64,000 nucleotides of DNA, taken from positions 59,954,001-60,018,000 of the forward strand of contig OX597818.1 of assembly GCA_951406725.2 (NCBI GenBank). Direction: 5' to 3'. Under the pieces are notes generated by a model. The model did not search any database and was not told the DNA's origin. It saw nothing but the letters and a program-made list of their open reading frames with translations. The position numbers were made by a program, and so were the translations under genes. Positions 26,314 to 38,258 of the stretch are shown one piece after another. The DNA comes from Octopus vulgaris. Lineage: Eukaryota. Position 1 is the first letter of the stretch. Each line of letters opens with the position of its first letter.

Positions 26314-26373
26314 GTTACGGACACGTTTCTGGATTAGAATTATAAATCAATTCATTTCGTTTATCAACGCAAC
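26314..26373 (-). ncRNA. Type-I hammerhead motif, U3:A8 variant
   Basis: GUUGCG-UUGAUAA-acgaaauGAAUU..AAUUCuaaucca-GAAAC-GU-GUC|CGUAAC; 6-bp stem I, GUC cleavage triplet; stem II related to the 2695 motif. Confidence 0.72.
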
Positions 26374-26638
26374 ATTCCACTTAAATAGATTTCACAAATA
26401 CCATACATACCCTCCGCTTCCCGAGCCAGCGTCATCGGAGATAGTAGAAGATAGCTGGCATAGGCCAAATTCATAGAGACGAAAGAATTCGTACTTTCCC
26501 TCCAAAAATTTTACCATGTGCGTCACGAGAATCGTTCCTTAGAAATAGAACTATGGACTGTCATAGTTCTAGAAATAGAACTATTGATTGCCCTTATGCT
26601 ACCGTCCAACCCATGCCAGCATGGAAAGCGGACGCTAA

Positions 26639-26670
<32 letters not shown>

Positions 26671-26766
26671 ATAGTGAGAATTTAGAAAAAAACAAAAGAC
26701 GAAGACAGGTCGGGTGTGTAAACCACAAACAGATGTATTAGTTTAACGCTCGTGAAGTGGGAAAGT

Positions 26767-26802
26767 CTTTTACGTTTCGAGCCTACGCTCTTCAACAGAA
26801 AG
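26767..26802 (-). ncRNA. Minimal hammerhead motif, A6U core variant
   Basis: CUUU-CUGUUGA-a-GAGC(guag)GCUC-GAAAC-GUA|AAAG; lies in an element homologous to 61891-62070. Confidence 0.65.
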
Positions 26803-27688
26803 GAATACAGAAATAAACGGAGAGACAAAATTTTTTAAATGTTTAGTGTCTAGCGATCAATCATGACGAATGCCGGACAGAGGTGGGCAGACGAATATTC
26901 TCGATTAAAAAGCACATATGGTAACCTTGGCAACAATATCCGCTCGAGTAGTCTTCATTTCCCGGACCCTCTAGTTTTGCGTCTATATTTATACCAGGTC
27001 GTTTCTATCGATTTTTTTAAATAATATTGGTGTAATTCTCAGTGCATGCAAGTCTCAGATCTGTCAGGCACATAAATTTGCCCTCATTTGGTTAAGACAG
27101 ATCTGCCAAGCATAACACAGCTAAAAGTTTATTTCCGATTCTCTTGTTTATATGCGTACGTCATTTTCTGGTGCGAAGCTGTAGATCCTGTTTTCAATAA
27201 AACACTTTTTTTTTTTATTCCTTTGAGTACTGACTTCGATTTTTCTTATCTATTCTCAGCGGGTTCAATGATTATTTTAATCCAGAAACTGGCCATGCAC
27301 AACTTCTTGAAAATGCTTTGTCATAGAATCCTGTAAGAATCCTTAGATGTTTTTCATTCTTTCTCTTCTTCCTTTTTCATAACTACCCATCAGTTCTGCT
27401 CCTGTTTTGTGTTCCTTAACTTCCCAGAAGACAAACAGTATTTTTTCAGTTTTTCTAGTATTTATTTCATAGGTATTTTTTATCGATTTTCCTTTATCAT
27501 CTACTAGATATACTTGTTCTCCGACAGGAGGCATTTTATAATACATTTCTGGTTGCATAATCTCTACCTTCAAGTAAAACGAATATTTGGATCGCAAATT
27601 TTGCATGGTGCATTATAAATGCCATCATATCTGCTATTTTCTCTCTGTCTGGGTTTTCTAGTTCGTATAGCATCTAATCAACATTATT

Positions 27689-27946
27689 ATCACCGTGATC
27701 GACCAGGCTATCAGATGTTGCTACACATCGCTGGTCACAATGCGCTTCGCATTGTTTTAGCCTTCAAATGACGCCACCCCACTGGCTAAGCGAGCAGGCC
27801 AATATAAATATATATATATATATATATATCACCGTGATCACCGTGATCGACCAGGCTATCAGATGTTGCTACACATCGCTGGTCACAATGCGCTTCACTT
27901 TGTTTTAGCCTTCAAATGACGCCACCCCACTGGCTAAGCAAGCAGG

Positions 27947-27982
<36 letters not shown>

Positions 27983-28290
27983 CGTGATCACCTTGACCGA
28001 CCAGGCTATCAGATGTTGCTACACATCGCTGGTCACAATGCACTTCGCATTGTTTTAACCTTCAAATGACGCCACCCCGCTGGCTAAGCGAGCAGGCCAA
28101 CAGAAGAAAGAGTGAGAGAAAGTTGTGGCGAAAGAGTACAACAGGGATCGCCAACACCCCCTGCCGGAGCTTCGTGGAGATTTAGGTGTTTTCGCTCAAT
28201 AAACACTCACAACGCCCGGTCTGGGAATCGAAACCGCGATCCTACGACCGCGAGTCCGCTGCCCTAACCACTGGGCCATTGCGCCTCCAC
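27689..28290 (-). mobile_element. SINE family C with tail type 1 triplicated
   Basis: Full head at 28100-28290; three ~115-bp tail copies separated by (TA)n. Confidence 0.9.
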
Positions 28291-28364
28291 ATCATTATAC
28301 TCATATAATAATGGGTCTGTCAGAACAGTTCTGATGCCCAAACGTTTCAAGTGGTACTTTTTGT

Positions 28365-28604
28365 CTCTTACTTGTTTCAGTCATTAGACTGCGGCCATGC
28401 TGGAGCACCGCATGAAGAGGTTTTAGTAGAATGAATCGACACCAATACTCATTTTTTAAAGCCTGGTATTCATTCTATCAGTCTCTTTTTGCTGCACCGC
28501 TAAAGAGGATGTAAACAGGCCAATACCGGTTCTCAAGCGGTGGTAGAGGACAAACGTAGGCACACACACACACACATACGCACATGCATACATGCATACA
28601 TATT

Positions 28605-28671
<67 letters not shown>

Positions 28672-29075
28672 ATACTCTTTTACTCTTATATTTGTTTCAG
28701 TCATTTGACTGTGACTATGCTGGAGCACTGCCTTTAGTAAATCTTGGACTTTTTCTTTGTAAGCCTAGTATTTATTCTATCGGTCTCTCTTGCCGAAATG
28801 CTAAGTCACGAGGACGTAAACACACCAGCATCAGTTGTCAAGGATGATGGGGGACAAACACAGACACACAAACATACGCACACACGTACATATATATACA
28901 TATATTCGACGGGCTTCTTTCAGTTTCCGTCTACCAAATCCACATACAAGGCTTTGGTTGGCCCGAAGCTATAAGGCTATAATAGAAAACACTTGCCCAA
29001 GGTACCACGCAGTGGGACTGAACCCGAAACCATGTGGTTCCGAAGCAAACTTGTTACTGCACAAACACACCTCCG
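28365..29075 (-). mobile_element. Two SINE family B copies (tail-only, then near full-length)
   Basis: Reverse-complement homology to 8331-8746. Confidence 0.85.
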
Positions 29076-29388
29076 CTTATACTCGATGTTTGTTGGGAGC
29101 AACGGAACCTAATTATCATATGATAACTGGTAGGATTTCATTTTTAATGCTGAGTATACCTACATTTTTGGCATTTCTATTATTTAATCAACATATTTCA
29201 AGATCTTTCCTATTTTTGTGCTCGATCCATTTTTTCCTGGAGAAATTGCAACGCTTATAGTGAGACATTGTTCCTGTGTATCATAAACGATTGTATCTGA
29301 TACGCTGTTCTTTTATTTTCTTTGTCAGGTGTCAAAATCTCATAGAAGCTTTGGTTTACATCTTCGTTTACAAGCCTTTCTAATACAA

Positions 29389-29420
<32 letters not shown>

Positions 29421-29421
<1 letters not shown>

Positions 29422-29832
29422 GGCGCAGGAGTGGCTGTGGGGTAAGTAGCTTGTTTACCAACCACATGCTTCCGGGTTCAGTCCCACTGCGTGGCATCTT
29501 GGCCAAGTGTCTTCTGCTATAGCCTCGGGCCGACCAAAGCCTTGTGAGTGGATTTGGTAGACGGAAACTGAAAAGAAGCCAGTTGTATATATGTATATAT
29601 ATATATATGTGTGTGGGTGTATGTTTGTGTGTCTGTGTTTGTCCCCCTAGCATTGCTTGACAACCGATGCTGGTGTGTTTATGTCCCCGTCACTTGGCGG
29701 TTCGGCAAAAGAGACCGATAGAATAAGTATTGGGCTTACAAAAGAATAGGTCCCGGGTTCGAGTTGCTCGATTAAAGGCGGTGCCCCAGCATGGCAGCAG
29801 TCAAATGACTGAAACAAGTAAAAGAGTAAAGA

Positions 29833-29833
<1 letters not shown>
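29421..29833 (+). mobile_element. SINE family B, full length
   Basis: Head, internal microsatellite and GTAAAAGA tail all present. Confidence 0.9.
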
Positions 29834-29880
<47 letters not shown>

Positions 29881-30359
29881 TAAATTCAAAATGAGGGTGA
29901 GGATATTAATTTAGTTAACATCGATTTCACACCAGTGGTCTAGCATATAAAAAAACTGAAGGTTCAGTAAAATCAGTAAAATTGTATTATATACAGTAAA
30001 GTATTATCTACAGCATCGGTTTTTCCGGTAATTTGGCGCGCCAAAATAGGACATTTGAAATAGTAACCACGAGTGTAATGGGTAGAACTATTTACAGATC
30101 TGACTTCATGCAGACGTCCTAGTATGCAGTCCTGCTAATTATATTCATCTGGACGGTCACACCGATGATCTACGGGCATTTATGTAAGTAATATTACGTA
30201 ATTATTTTTATTGGTTTTTCTTTTGTCTTGCTCGATTACGTTTTGGTTGTTTTGCTAAATTTTTCTTGAGAACACTTTTTAGTGGTAAGACCATAGCGGA
30301 TCTATTTCTAGCATAAGGGTGTCCACATAGTGGTTTCCCTCTAATATATATATATATAT

Positions 30360-31080
30360 ATGCACATAAGCAAGATAGCAGCAAATTGCAAACAACTGGC
30401 AGGATGGATACTGAGATCCTTCAACACAAGAGACCAAGAAAGTATATTGACCCTGTGGAGAATCTTAGTTCTCGACCGCCTGGTTTACTGTTCCAAGTTA
30501 TGGAAACCACATAGTGCCAAACTAATAGCGGAGCTTGAGACAGTCCAACGCCACTACACTAAAAAGACTGATACACTGCAGTGGGTGAGCTACAGGGATA
30601 GGCTGAGAAAACTACGGCTTTACTCCTTGGAGTGAAGGCGTGACAGATACGCAATCATATACATATGGAAAATCCTTGAAGGGCTAGTACCTAACTTTGG
30701 CATTGAATGCAAATCAAGTGCTAGAACTGGCCGCCATTGCACTGTACCAAAGGTACCGTCTTTTCCATCTAAATTCAGAACTAGGTATTCCAATAGTCTA
30801 GGGTTCAAAGGTCCACAGCTTTTCAATGCGCTGCGGCAAAAATTAAGAAATTTGCATAAGGTGGAAGTAGATGTCTTCAAAAAGGAATTAGACATCCTCC
30901 TCTCCACAATGCCGGATGAATCAACAGCCCGGCATGAGGTACAGACGAGGGCTGGAAGAATCAAACTCAATTATACATCAAATGTACCAACAGCTGAGGA
31001 AAAGGCACATAGAGGAGTGGTGATGTGAAACACCCAGAAAGACCATGGTACTGCTCCAGCATGACCCCAGCCGAGTAGAA
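30360..31080 (+). mobile_element. 5'-truncated CR1-group LINE (ORF2 C-terminus with in-frame stop)
   Basis: HISKI..GWILRSF..RL.YCS.LW.P..LE.VQR..TK..SY.DRL.KL.LYSLE*RR.R..IYIWKIL.G, typical of the CR1/L2 post-RT domain. Confidence 0.85.
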
Positions 31081-31082
31081 GA

Positions 31083-31121
<39 letters not shown>

Positions 31122-31122
<1 letters not shown>

Positions 31123-31316
31123 TCTTTTTTCCTCTTATACTTGTTTCGGTCATTTGACTGTGGCCATACTGGAGCACCGCCTTCAGTCGAGCAAATGGAA
31201 CTTATTCTTTGTAAGCCTAGTACTTATTCTATCGGTCTCTTTTGCCGACCTGCTAAGTTACGGGGACGTAACACACCAGCATCGGTTGAAGGGGATAAAC
31301 ACAGACACACAAACAT

Positions 31317-31377
<61 letters not shown>

Positions 31378-31548
31378 CATATATACGATGTGCTTCTTTA
31401 AGTTTCCGTAAACCAAATCCACTCACAAGGCTTTGGTGGGCCCGAGGCTATAGTAGAAGACACTTGGCCAAGGTGCCACGCAGTGGGACTGAACCCAGAA
31501 CCATGTGATTGATAAGCAAGCTACTTACCACACAGCCACTCCTACGCC

Positions 31549-31549
<1 letters not shown>
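31122..31549 (-). mobile_element. SINE family B
   Basis: Reverse-complement homology to 8331-8746. Confidence 0.88.
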
Positions 31550-31581
<32 letters not shown>

Positions 31582-31597
31582 ATGTATGTATGTATGT

Positions 31598-31674
<77 letters not shown>

Positions 31675-31675
<1 letters not shown>

Positions 31676-31902
31676 GCGGCGAGCTGGTAGAAACGTTAGC
31701 ACGCCGGGCGAATTCGTAGCCGTATTTCGTCTGTCGTTACGTTCGAGTTCAAATTCCGCCGAGGTCGACTTTGCCTTTCATCCTTTCGGGGTCGATAAAT
31801 TAAGTACCAGTTACGCACTGGGGTCGATGTAGTCGACTTAATCCCTTTGTCTGTCCTTGTTTGTCCCCTCTGTGTTTAGCCCTTGTGGGTAGTAAAGAAA
31901 TA
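31675..31902 (+). mobile_element. SINE family A, monomer
   Basis: Head, core and AAAGAAATA end. Confidence 0.88.
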
Positions 31903-31915
31903 TATATATATATAT

Positions 31916-32560
31916 AAGTAATACTAAGTAATTAAGGGTTTAGCAACGAATTGCCTCACCAACACACCGAATTTAGAAATAGCAGTCAAAGAGATATAGC
32001 TATTCCTTCTACTAAAAGGGGATCTCAGTAAAAACACAGCACTTGAAAGGCAAACACAGACAGGTAAGAAAGAAAGAATGAAATGACGGCAATCTATCAT
32101 GCAATTTTAAGTTACCTACGGACGTACGTTTCGAGATCAAGTTTTAGGATAGCATAAGAATTAGAAAATTCTACTTTACCAAACTTCTTCTCTCATCGGC
32201 GCAGGATACGACAATTATGAATAATTGTATATTAAATTTTGAGATACTAGAATGCATCATCTCAACTCAGTGTCAGAGCGAGCCAAAGCATGACCAGTAC
32301 CACGAAATTCAAAGTTTGAATGAAAGTTTGTGTCACCAGCCCCTTCCACCCGCGTGTAGCCAAGACAAAATGCTGCGGTCATTTACTGGGATAAAATATG
32401 GTTATCAGTAATAATAAAGGGTGAAATTAATTAATTAGGGATAATTATCAATTACACCAAGTAGATTTCGGCATGTAAAAGCCCCATTCGAGGAAAATTT
32501 AAGTAATACTAAGTAATTAAGGGTTTAGCAACGAATTGCCTCACCAACACACCGAATTTA

Positions 32561-32561
<1 letters not shown>
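31916..32561 (-). mobile_element. Penelope pLTR-like element with ~60-bp terminal direct repeat, within (TA)n
   Basis: 31916-31976 is repeated at 32500-32560; internal hammerhead; flanked by (TA)n. Confidence 0.65.
32115..32205 (-). ncRNA. Type-I hammerhead motif, long stem II, U4C variant
   Basis: CCUGCG-CCGAUGA-GAGA..AAGUUU...AAACUU..UCUC-GAAAC-GUAC-GUC|CGUAGG; stem III palindrome ACGUACGU. Confidence 0.72.
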
Positions 32562-32596
<35 letters not shown>

Positions 32597-32975
32597 CCAG
32601 CAGTTGTCTGAATTATTGTATCGATATTTCTTACAATGTTGCCTGCATAAATTGAGACAAATCTTATGATGGAGTTTCTTGAGCTAACATTTCGCAGCCT
32701 CCTCAATATGAACACTATATTCCGATCGCTGATTATATTGGCCACACTTGTAAAGAAGTGAAATAAATATTTTATTCACTGAATCAATGTTTTAAGCTTG
32801 ACTTTGAGCGACCAGTAAGAAACTTCGGTTTTCTCTCTTTAAATATTTACTCCGGAGCGATTCTTCCCATCTGTCATGATTTTTCACACGATTGGTACCT
32901 CCGTGAATATATCCATGTTTCTCCATTTCTTCTGGCGATTCCTGTCTTTTAGAAATAATTCTGCTTAGGGATACT

Positions 32976-33034
<59 letters not shown>

Positions 33035-33603
33035 TTCCTCTTGAAGTTCAGCACAAGTAATCCCAATTCTGTTGCAGCATATTTAAATAGTTCACCATTC
33101 TTTTCTAGAAAGCGGTTTACTGACATTCGCACGCTAAAGGTCAGTACACCACCATATCATTTACATCAGGCAGAATCATCTGAGTACTGGATAAGATGCC
33201 TGGCAGTATTTCTTAACCCTGTGCATTCTGGTTTCAAATCCTGTCGCGGTCAGCCTTGCCCTTCAACTCGCTAAAATCGAAAAAATATAGTAACAGTCAA
33301 ATATTGAAGCTGAAGGTATCGTCTAACCCTCTTTTCTCGTAATTGCTTGTCTTGGAGCTTAATTAGAAACAATATATTATTATTATTAGGGAACGAGTTG
33401 ACAGAATCGTTAGAGTGTCGGACAAAATGCTTTGTGACATTAAATCCGGATTTTTACATTCTGAGTTTCAATTTCACCCACATTACCTTTGCCTCTCATC
33501 ATTTTGGGGGTCGATAGAATAAACAGATGTCAAGTACTTGAATCGATGTAATAAAACTTTACCGCTCCACTAAAACTGCTAGTTTTGTGCAAACATTTGA
33601 AAC

Positions 33604-33613
33604 TATCATCGTC

Positions 33614-33685
<72 letters not shown>

Positions 33686-33778
33686 GTTATTATTATTATT
33701 ATTATTATTATCATTATTATTATTATTATTATTTCTATTAATATTATTATTATTATTATTATCCTCATCATCATCATC

Positions 33779-33811
<33 letters not shown>

Positions 33812-33899
33812 GTTATTATTATTGTTATTATTATTATTATTATTATTATCATTATTATTATTATTATTATTAGAGTTGCTGCTGTTGTTGTTGTTGTTG

Positions 33900-33933
<34 letters not shown>
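33604..33933. repeat. (TTA)n compound trinucleotide microsatellite
   Basis: About 110 triplets with TCA/TTG interruptions. Confidence 0.95.
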
Positions 33934-34808
33934 TGCGTGAGGGAGCAGCTGATACAATCAAATACGCAGCCCATTAAACCCCTCATGCACATAAATGACA
34001 TTCATATGAGCGCGATCTCATGAAGGAAAGGAAAGGAAAAGAGAGGAGAGAAAAAAAAATGGAGAAAAGAAATGAAGAAGAGAAAGCAGAGAGGAAAAAA
34101 AAAAGATAAACAGCGCATGATCTTGTATTTTACCCGTTGCTACGTTCTGAGTTCAAAATCCGCTGAGGTCGACTTTGCTTTATATCCTTTCGGGATCGAT
34201 GAATTAAGTACCAGTTGCATACTGGTATCGATCTAATCGACTGGCCTCTCCCCCAAAAATTTCGGGCCTTCTGCCTAGAGGAGAAAACAATATTTTGGAA
34301 CGATTACGTTTTATAGAGATCCTCTTAAATGATATTATCTTCCAGCATTATTTGTGAGACTAATGTTCTGTGTGGTTATTTGTATCAACGAAAGCGTCCA
34401 ATTATTTTAACCCCGCACCTTCATTCAGTTGAAGTGGTAAAGAATGTCCTCAGACACTCTTACTGGAGACACGATACAGCTGAAACATCCGTTTATATCG
34501 TTTATTAGCGGTTCACTGCTATTACAAGCTGCAAACATTCTTATATTCTTGAATTTCTAAGTTCTTCATAAATAGAAATTTTAATTAAATGATGATTAAT
34601 TTTGCTCATCAGATATTCAATGATTATACATTACAAGGACATATATGAAACGGACGTATTAGATTTCAAACTGATTTAATTAAAACCAATCTTTTATTCT
34701 ATATTATTAATTTACCATGGTAAGATATTGATATATTTCTATAACATTGGGAGTGATATTGTTGCTAGTATAATGCGTTGTTCTGACTGTCTGCTGTTGT
34801 TTTATTTG

Positions 34809-34884
<76 letters not shown>

Positions 34885-34885
<1 letters not shown>

Positions 34886-35745
34886 GTCGAACGACTGCTG
34901 TCACGTCTGGGACGAGTCGGTTTATCAGCCGAGTCTATCGTTAATATCGTCACGCCTCCTTCCTTCAAACGGGAAGGAAGAGCTAGTTTCATCATACTCG
35001 TAGCTATGGCGAAAGAATGTATCTGGTGGACGCGTCTGAAAGGATTGGAGACAAACTCCTTTCTCTCTGGTCAATCTCTCATCAACTTCTTCAAGTATCA
35101 CTTGAAAAGGAAAGTGAGAGTAGAGAGGCAAGTTTTGTCTAGTGAATGTTTCAAAAAAAGATGGGTGAATGTAGCAAGAATGGCACGTATGAATGACGAA
35201 GCCACCTTGAGCATAATCGTATGAACCCGGAAAAATTTAGAACAGAGAGTTACTTACTTGCAAATACATGTGTTAATATGTGATATTATTGACCGAGGTT
35301 ACCGTGGTCTTTTCTGTAGGCTTTTCTTTCCATGGATAAACCTTATCTGCTTCCCCCTTTACACTTTACATCATGACATATCTGTGATACACGATCCCTA
35401 TTGATCGTTTTATTTTTCTTATCTTTTTACGATCCCTTTTGATCGAAAACCCACCCCACTTTTCTATTTTTTTCTCCCAGAAAAGAAAAGCTCTACTTTG
35501 TAATTTGTCCCGTCTGTGTGGCTAATAAAGAAACATATCTATCCATCTATCTAGCTAGCTAGCTATCTATTTGTCTGTCTGTAGGTTTATTTCTCTACGT
35601 GATACACGATCCCTTTTCATCGTTTTCTTTCTTTTACAGGATCCCTTTTGATCGGAATTTTCTTTTTTTTTTTTTCGAAAAGAAAAGCTCTGCATTGTAT
35701 TTTTCCCCTTTTGTGTTGGGCCCTGTGTGGCTAATAAAGAAAATT
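34885..35745 (+). mobile_element. Tx1/L1-like LINE 3' end with duplicated 3' UTR
   Basis: ..LVAMAKECIWWTR..LINFFKYHLKRKVRVERQ..FKKRW resembles the AK..IW..R C-terminus of Tx1/L1 ORF2; UTR segment GTGATACACGATCCC..GGCTAATAAAGAA occurs at 35384 and 35599. Confidence 0.65.
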
Positions 35746-35900
35746 ATATCTATCTATCTGCCTGTCTGTCGATTTATCTATCTATCTGTTGTTTTATTTG
35801 TCTATCTATCTATCTATATATATATATATCTGTCTGTCTGTCGGTATATTTGTCTGTCGTTTTATTTGTCTATCTATCTATTTATCTTTCTATCTATCTA

Positions 35901-35939
<39 letters not shown>

Positions 35940-36736
35940 GTCAGTCTGTCGGTATATTTCTCTGTCGTTTTATTTGTCTATCTATCTATCTATCTATCTA
36001 TCTTTCCTCTGTGTCCCTGTGTGGCTAATAAAAGAACTTATCTGTCGGTTTATTTATCTATCTATCCATCTATCTGTCTGTCTGACTGTCTATCTATCTG
36101 TCGTTTTATCTACCTATCTTTCTATCGATCGATCTGCCCTTCTCTCTATCTACTTATTTATCTCCCTATCTACTCTTATATCTAGTTCCATATCAATAAA
36201 CATTTTACGTATCTTTAATCTCTTGAATTCATGAACTTTTAAAACTTTTCTATCTCTAAATCTATACCGAAAACTAAACTTCCTCATATATTTTTACATT
36301 TTTTTACTCCTTAATATATTTTGTCTTTCATTTCATTTAAATTTATTCTATTTCACCCTCCTCCTTCACTTTCCTAAGTGCCATCCTCTTATGTTACTCT
36401 ATTGTTCGCATCGATCAATCTCAAGATTTCTATACGTTTTTTTCTAGCCTCTTTTGTTATTTTAAATCCATTTTAGAAGACTACGACCAAAACAACACAG
36501 AGAGAATATGAGAATTTCTTTTTTATTTCAGGCGAAATATGCCTAAGAGTAAGTTATTTAATCTTCCATTGATATGTCAAGACAGTAGGCCGTTATTTGG
36601 GATAGATTTGGTTGTTATTCATGGCAGATGTAACGGATTTGTAAGAGTTTTTCCGTGGTACTCGTGATACATATATGCACACAGATACAGAGAGAGAGAT
36701 AAACAGATAGATATGTAGATAGACAGACAGACAGAC

Positions 36737-36803
<67 letters not shown>

Positions 36804-36901
36804 CAGAGAGTTAGATAGGTAGCTAGCTAGATAGACAGACAGACAGACAGACAGATAGATAGCTAGATTGATAGATAGATTGGTAGATAGATCGATAGAT
36901 C

Positions 36902-36981
<80 letters not shown>

Positions 36982-37201
36982 TAGAGAGAGAGCGGGGTAA
37001 GAAAACAAGGACGGGAGAGAGCAAATATTAAACAAAAGCTGATGATGGCTTAACACCACGATAGGAAATATTTCATATTCATGAAGAAAATTAGGGCCAT
37101 ATTTATTATTTACTTGTTCTAGCCTTTTAGTCATTGAATTGCAGCCAAGCTGGAGCACTACGTTCCAGGGTTTAATCGAACGAATCAACACCTGTACATA
37201 C

Positions 37202-37377
37202 ATTATTTACATTTGACGGATATTTGTCCTCATCTTCTTTGTTGTTAACACAACGTTTCGGCTGATATACTCTCCAGCCTTCATCAGGTGTCTTGGGGAA
37301 ATTTTGAACCTGGGTTCTCATTCCTAAGGTATTTTTCGATGTTATTATTATTATCATTATTATTATTATTATTATTA

Positions 37378-37426
<49 letters not shown>

Positions 37427-37522
37427 TCAGGTCACTGCCTGGAATCGAACTCGGAATCTTGGGGTTAGTAGCCCGCGCTCTTAACCCCAAGATTCCGAGT
37501 TCGATTCCAGGCAGTGACCTGA

Positions 37523-37582
<60 letters not shown>

Positions 37583-37712
37583 TCGAAAAATACCTTAGAA
37601 ATGAGAACCCAAGACACCTGAGGAAGTCTGGGTATAACAACAAACAAGATGAAGACAAATACCTGTCAAATGTAATTATTGTAAATAATTCCTCAACTCT
37701 TAAATACCGAAC
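37202..37712. mobile_element. tRNA-headed, hammerhead-bearing element as an inverted duplication
   Basis: Arms 37202-37467 and 37482-37712; each has B-box GAGTTCGATTCC, (TAA)n and a hammerhead region; homologous to 48188-48750. Confidence 0.8.
37247..37292 (-). ncRNA. Minimal type-I hammerhead ribozyme motif with intact core
   Basis: GACAC-CUGAUGA-a-GGCUG(gagaguauau)CAGCC-GAAAC-GUU|GUGUU. Confidence 0.85.
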
Positions 37713-37964
37713 TGAAAGACAGAGGTAATTGTAGAATCTTGGCGAGCTTAAACCTGGATATAGAGAGGGTATGTGACTGATAGTGATGATCTTTTAGCTT
37801 TTTCTATAAAGTTTCTCACCGATACCCTCTGTTAATTTTCACTCACAAAGCTTAGCGAAGAATTTTGCTGTGTAGAATCAAACGGGCAACCGTGGGGCTC
37901 GAAGCGAATTTCTTAACCACACAAACCCGATATGTTCCCTAATTTATTTTTTCTATTGTTTATT

Positions 37965-38258
37965 CCTTCTCGAGCCATGCCTGGCTCATAAGGGCCGGTT
38001 TCCCGGTTTCCTTGGCGTATAGCTTCCCCACCTGGACGGGACGCCGGTCCGTCGCAGGTGAAATGCAAGATGCAGGAGGAAAGAGTGAGAGAAAGTTGTG
38101 GCGATAGAGTCAGCAGAAGTTCGCCGTTACCTTCTGCCGGAGCCGCGTGGAGCTTAGGTGTTTCGTTGATAAACACACACATCTCCCGGTCTGAGATTCG
38201 AACCCGCGATCCCTCGACCGCGAGTCCGCTGCTCTAACCACTAGGCCATGTGCCTCCA
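37965..38258 (-). mobile_element. SINE family C variant with V-domain-like tail
   Basis: tRNA head plus CCTGCGACGGACCGGCGTCCCGTCCAGG. Confidence 0.8.

Noticed and set aside
28200-28290. tRNA-like heads of SINE families as tRNA genes
   Set aside because: They lack a complete cloverleaf and continue into multicopy SINE bodies.
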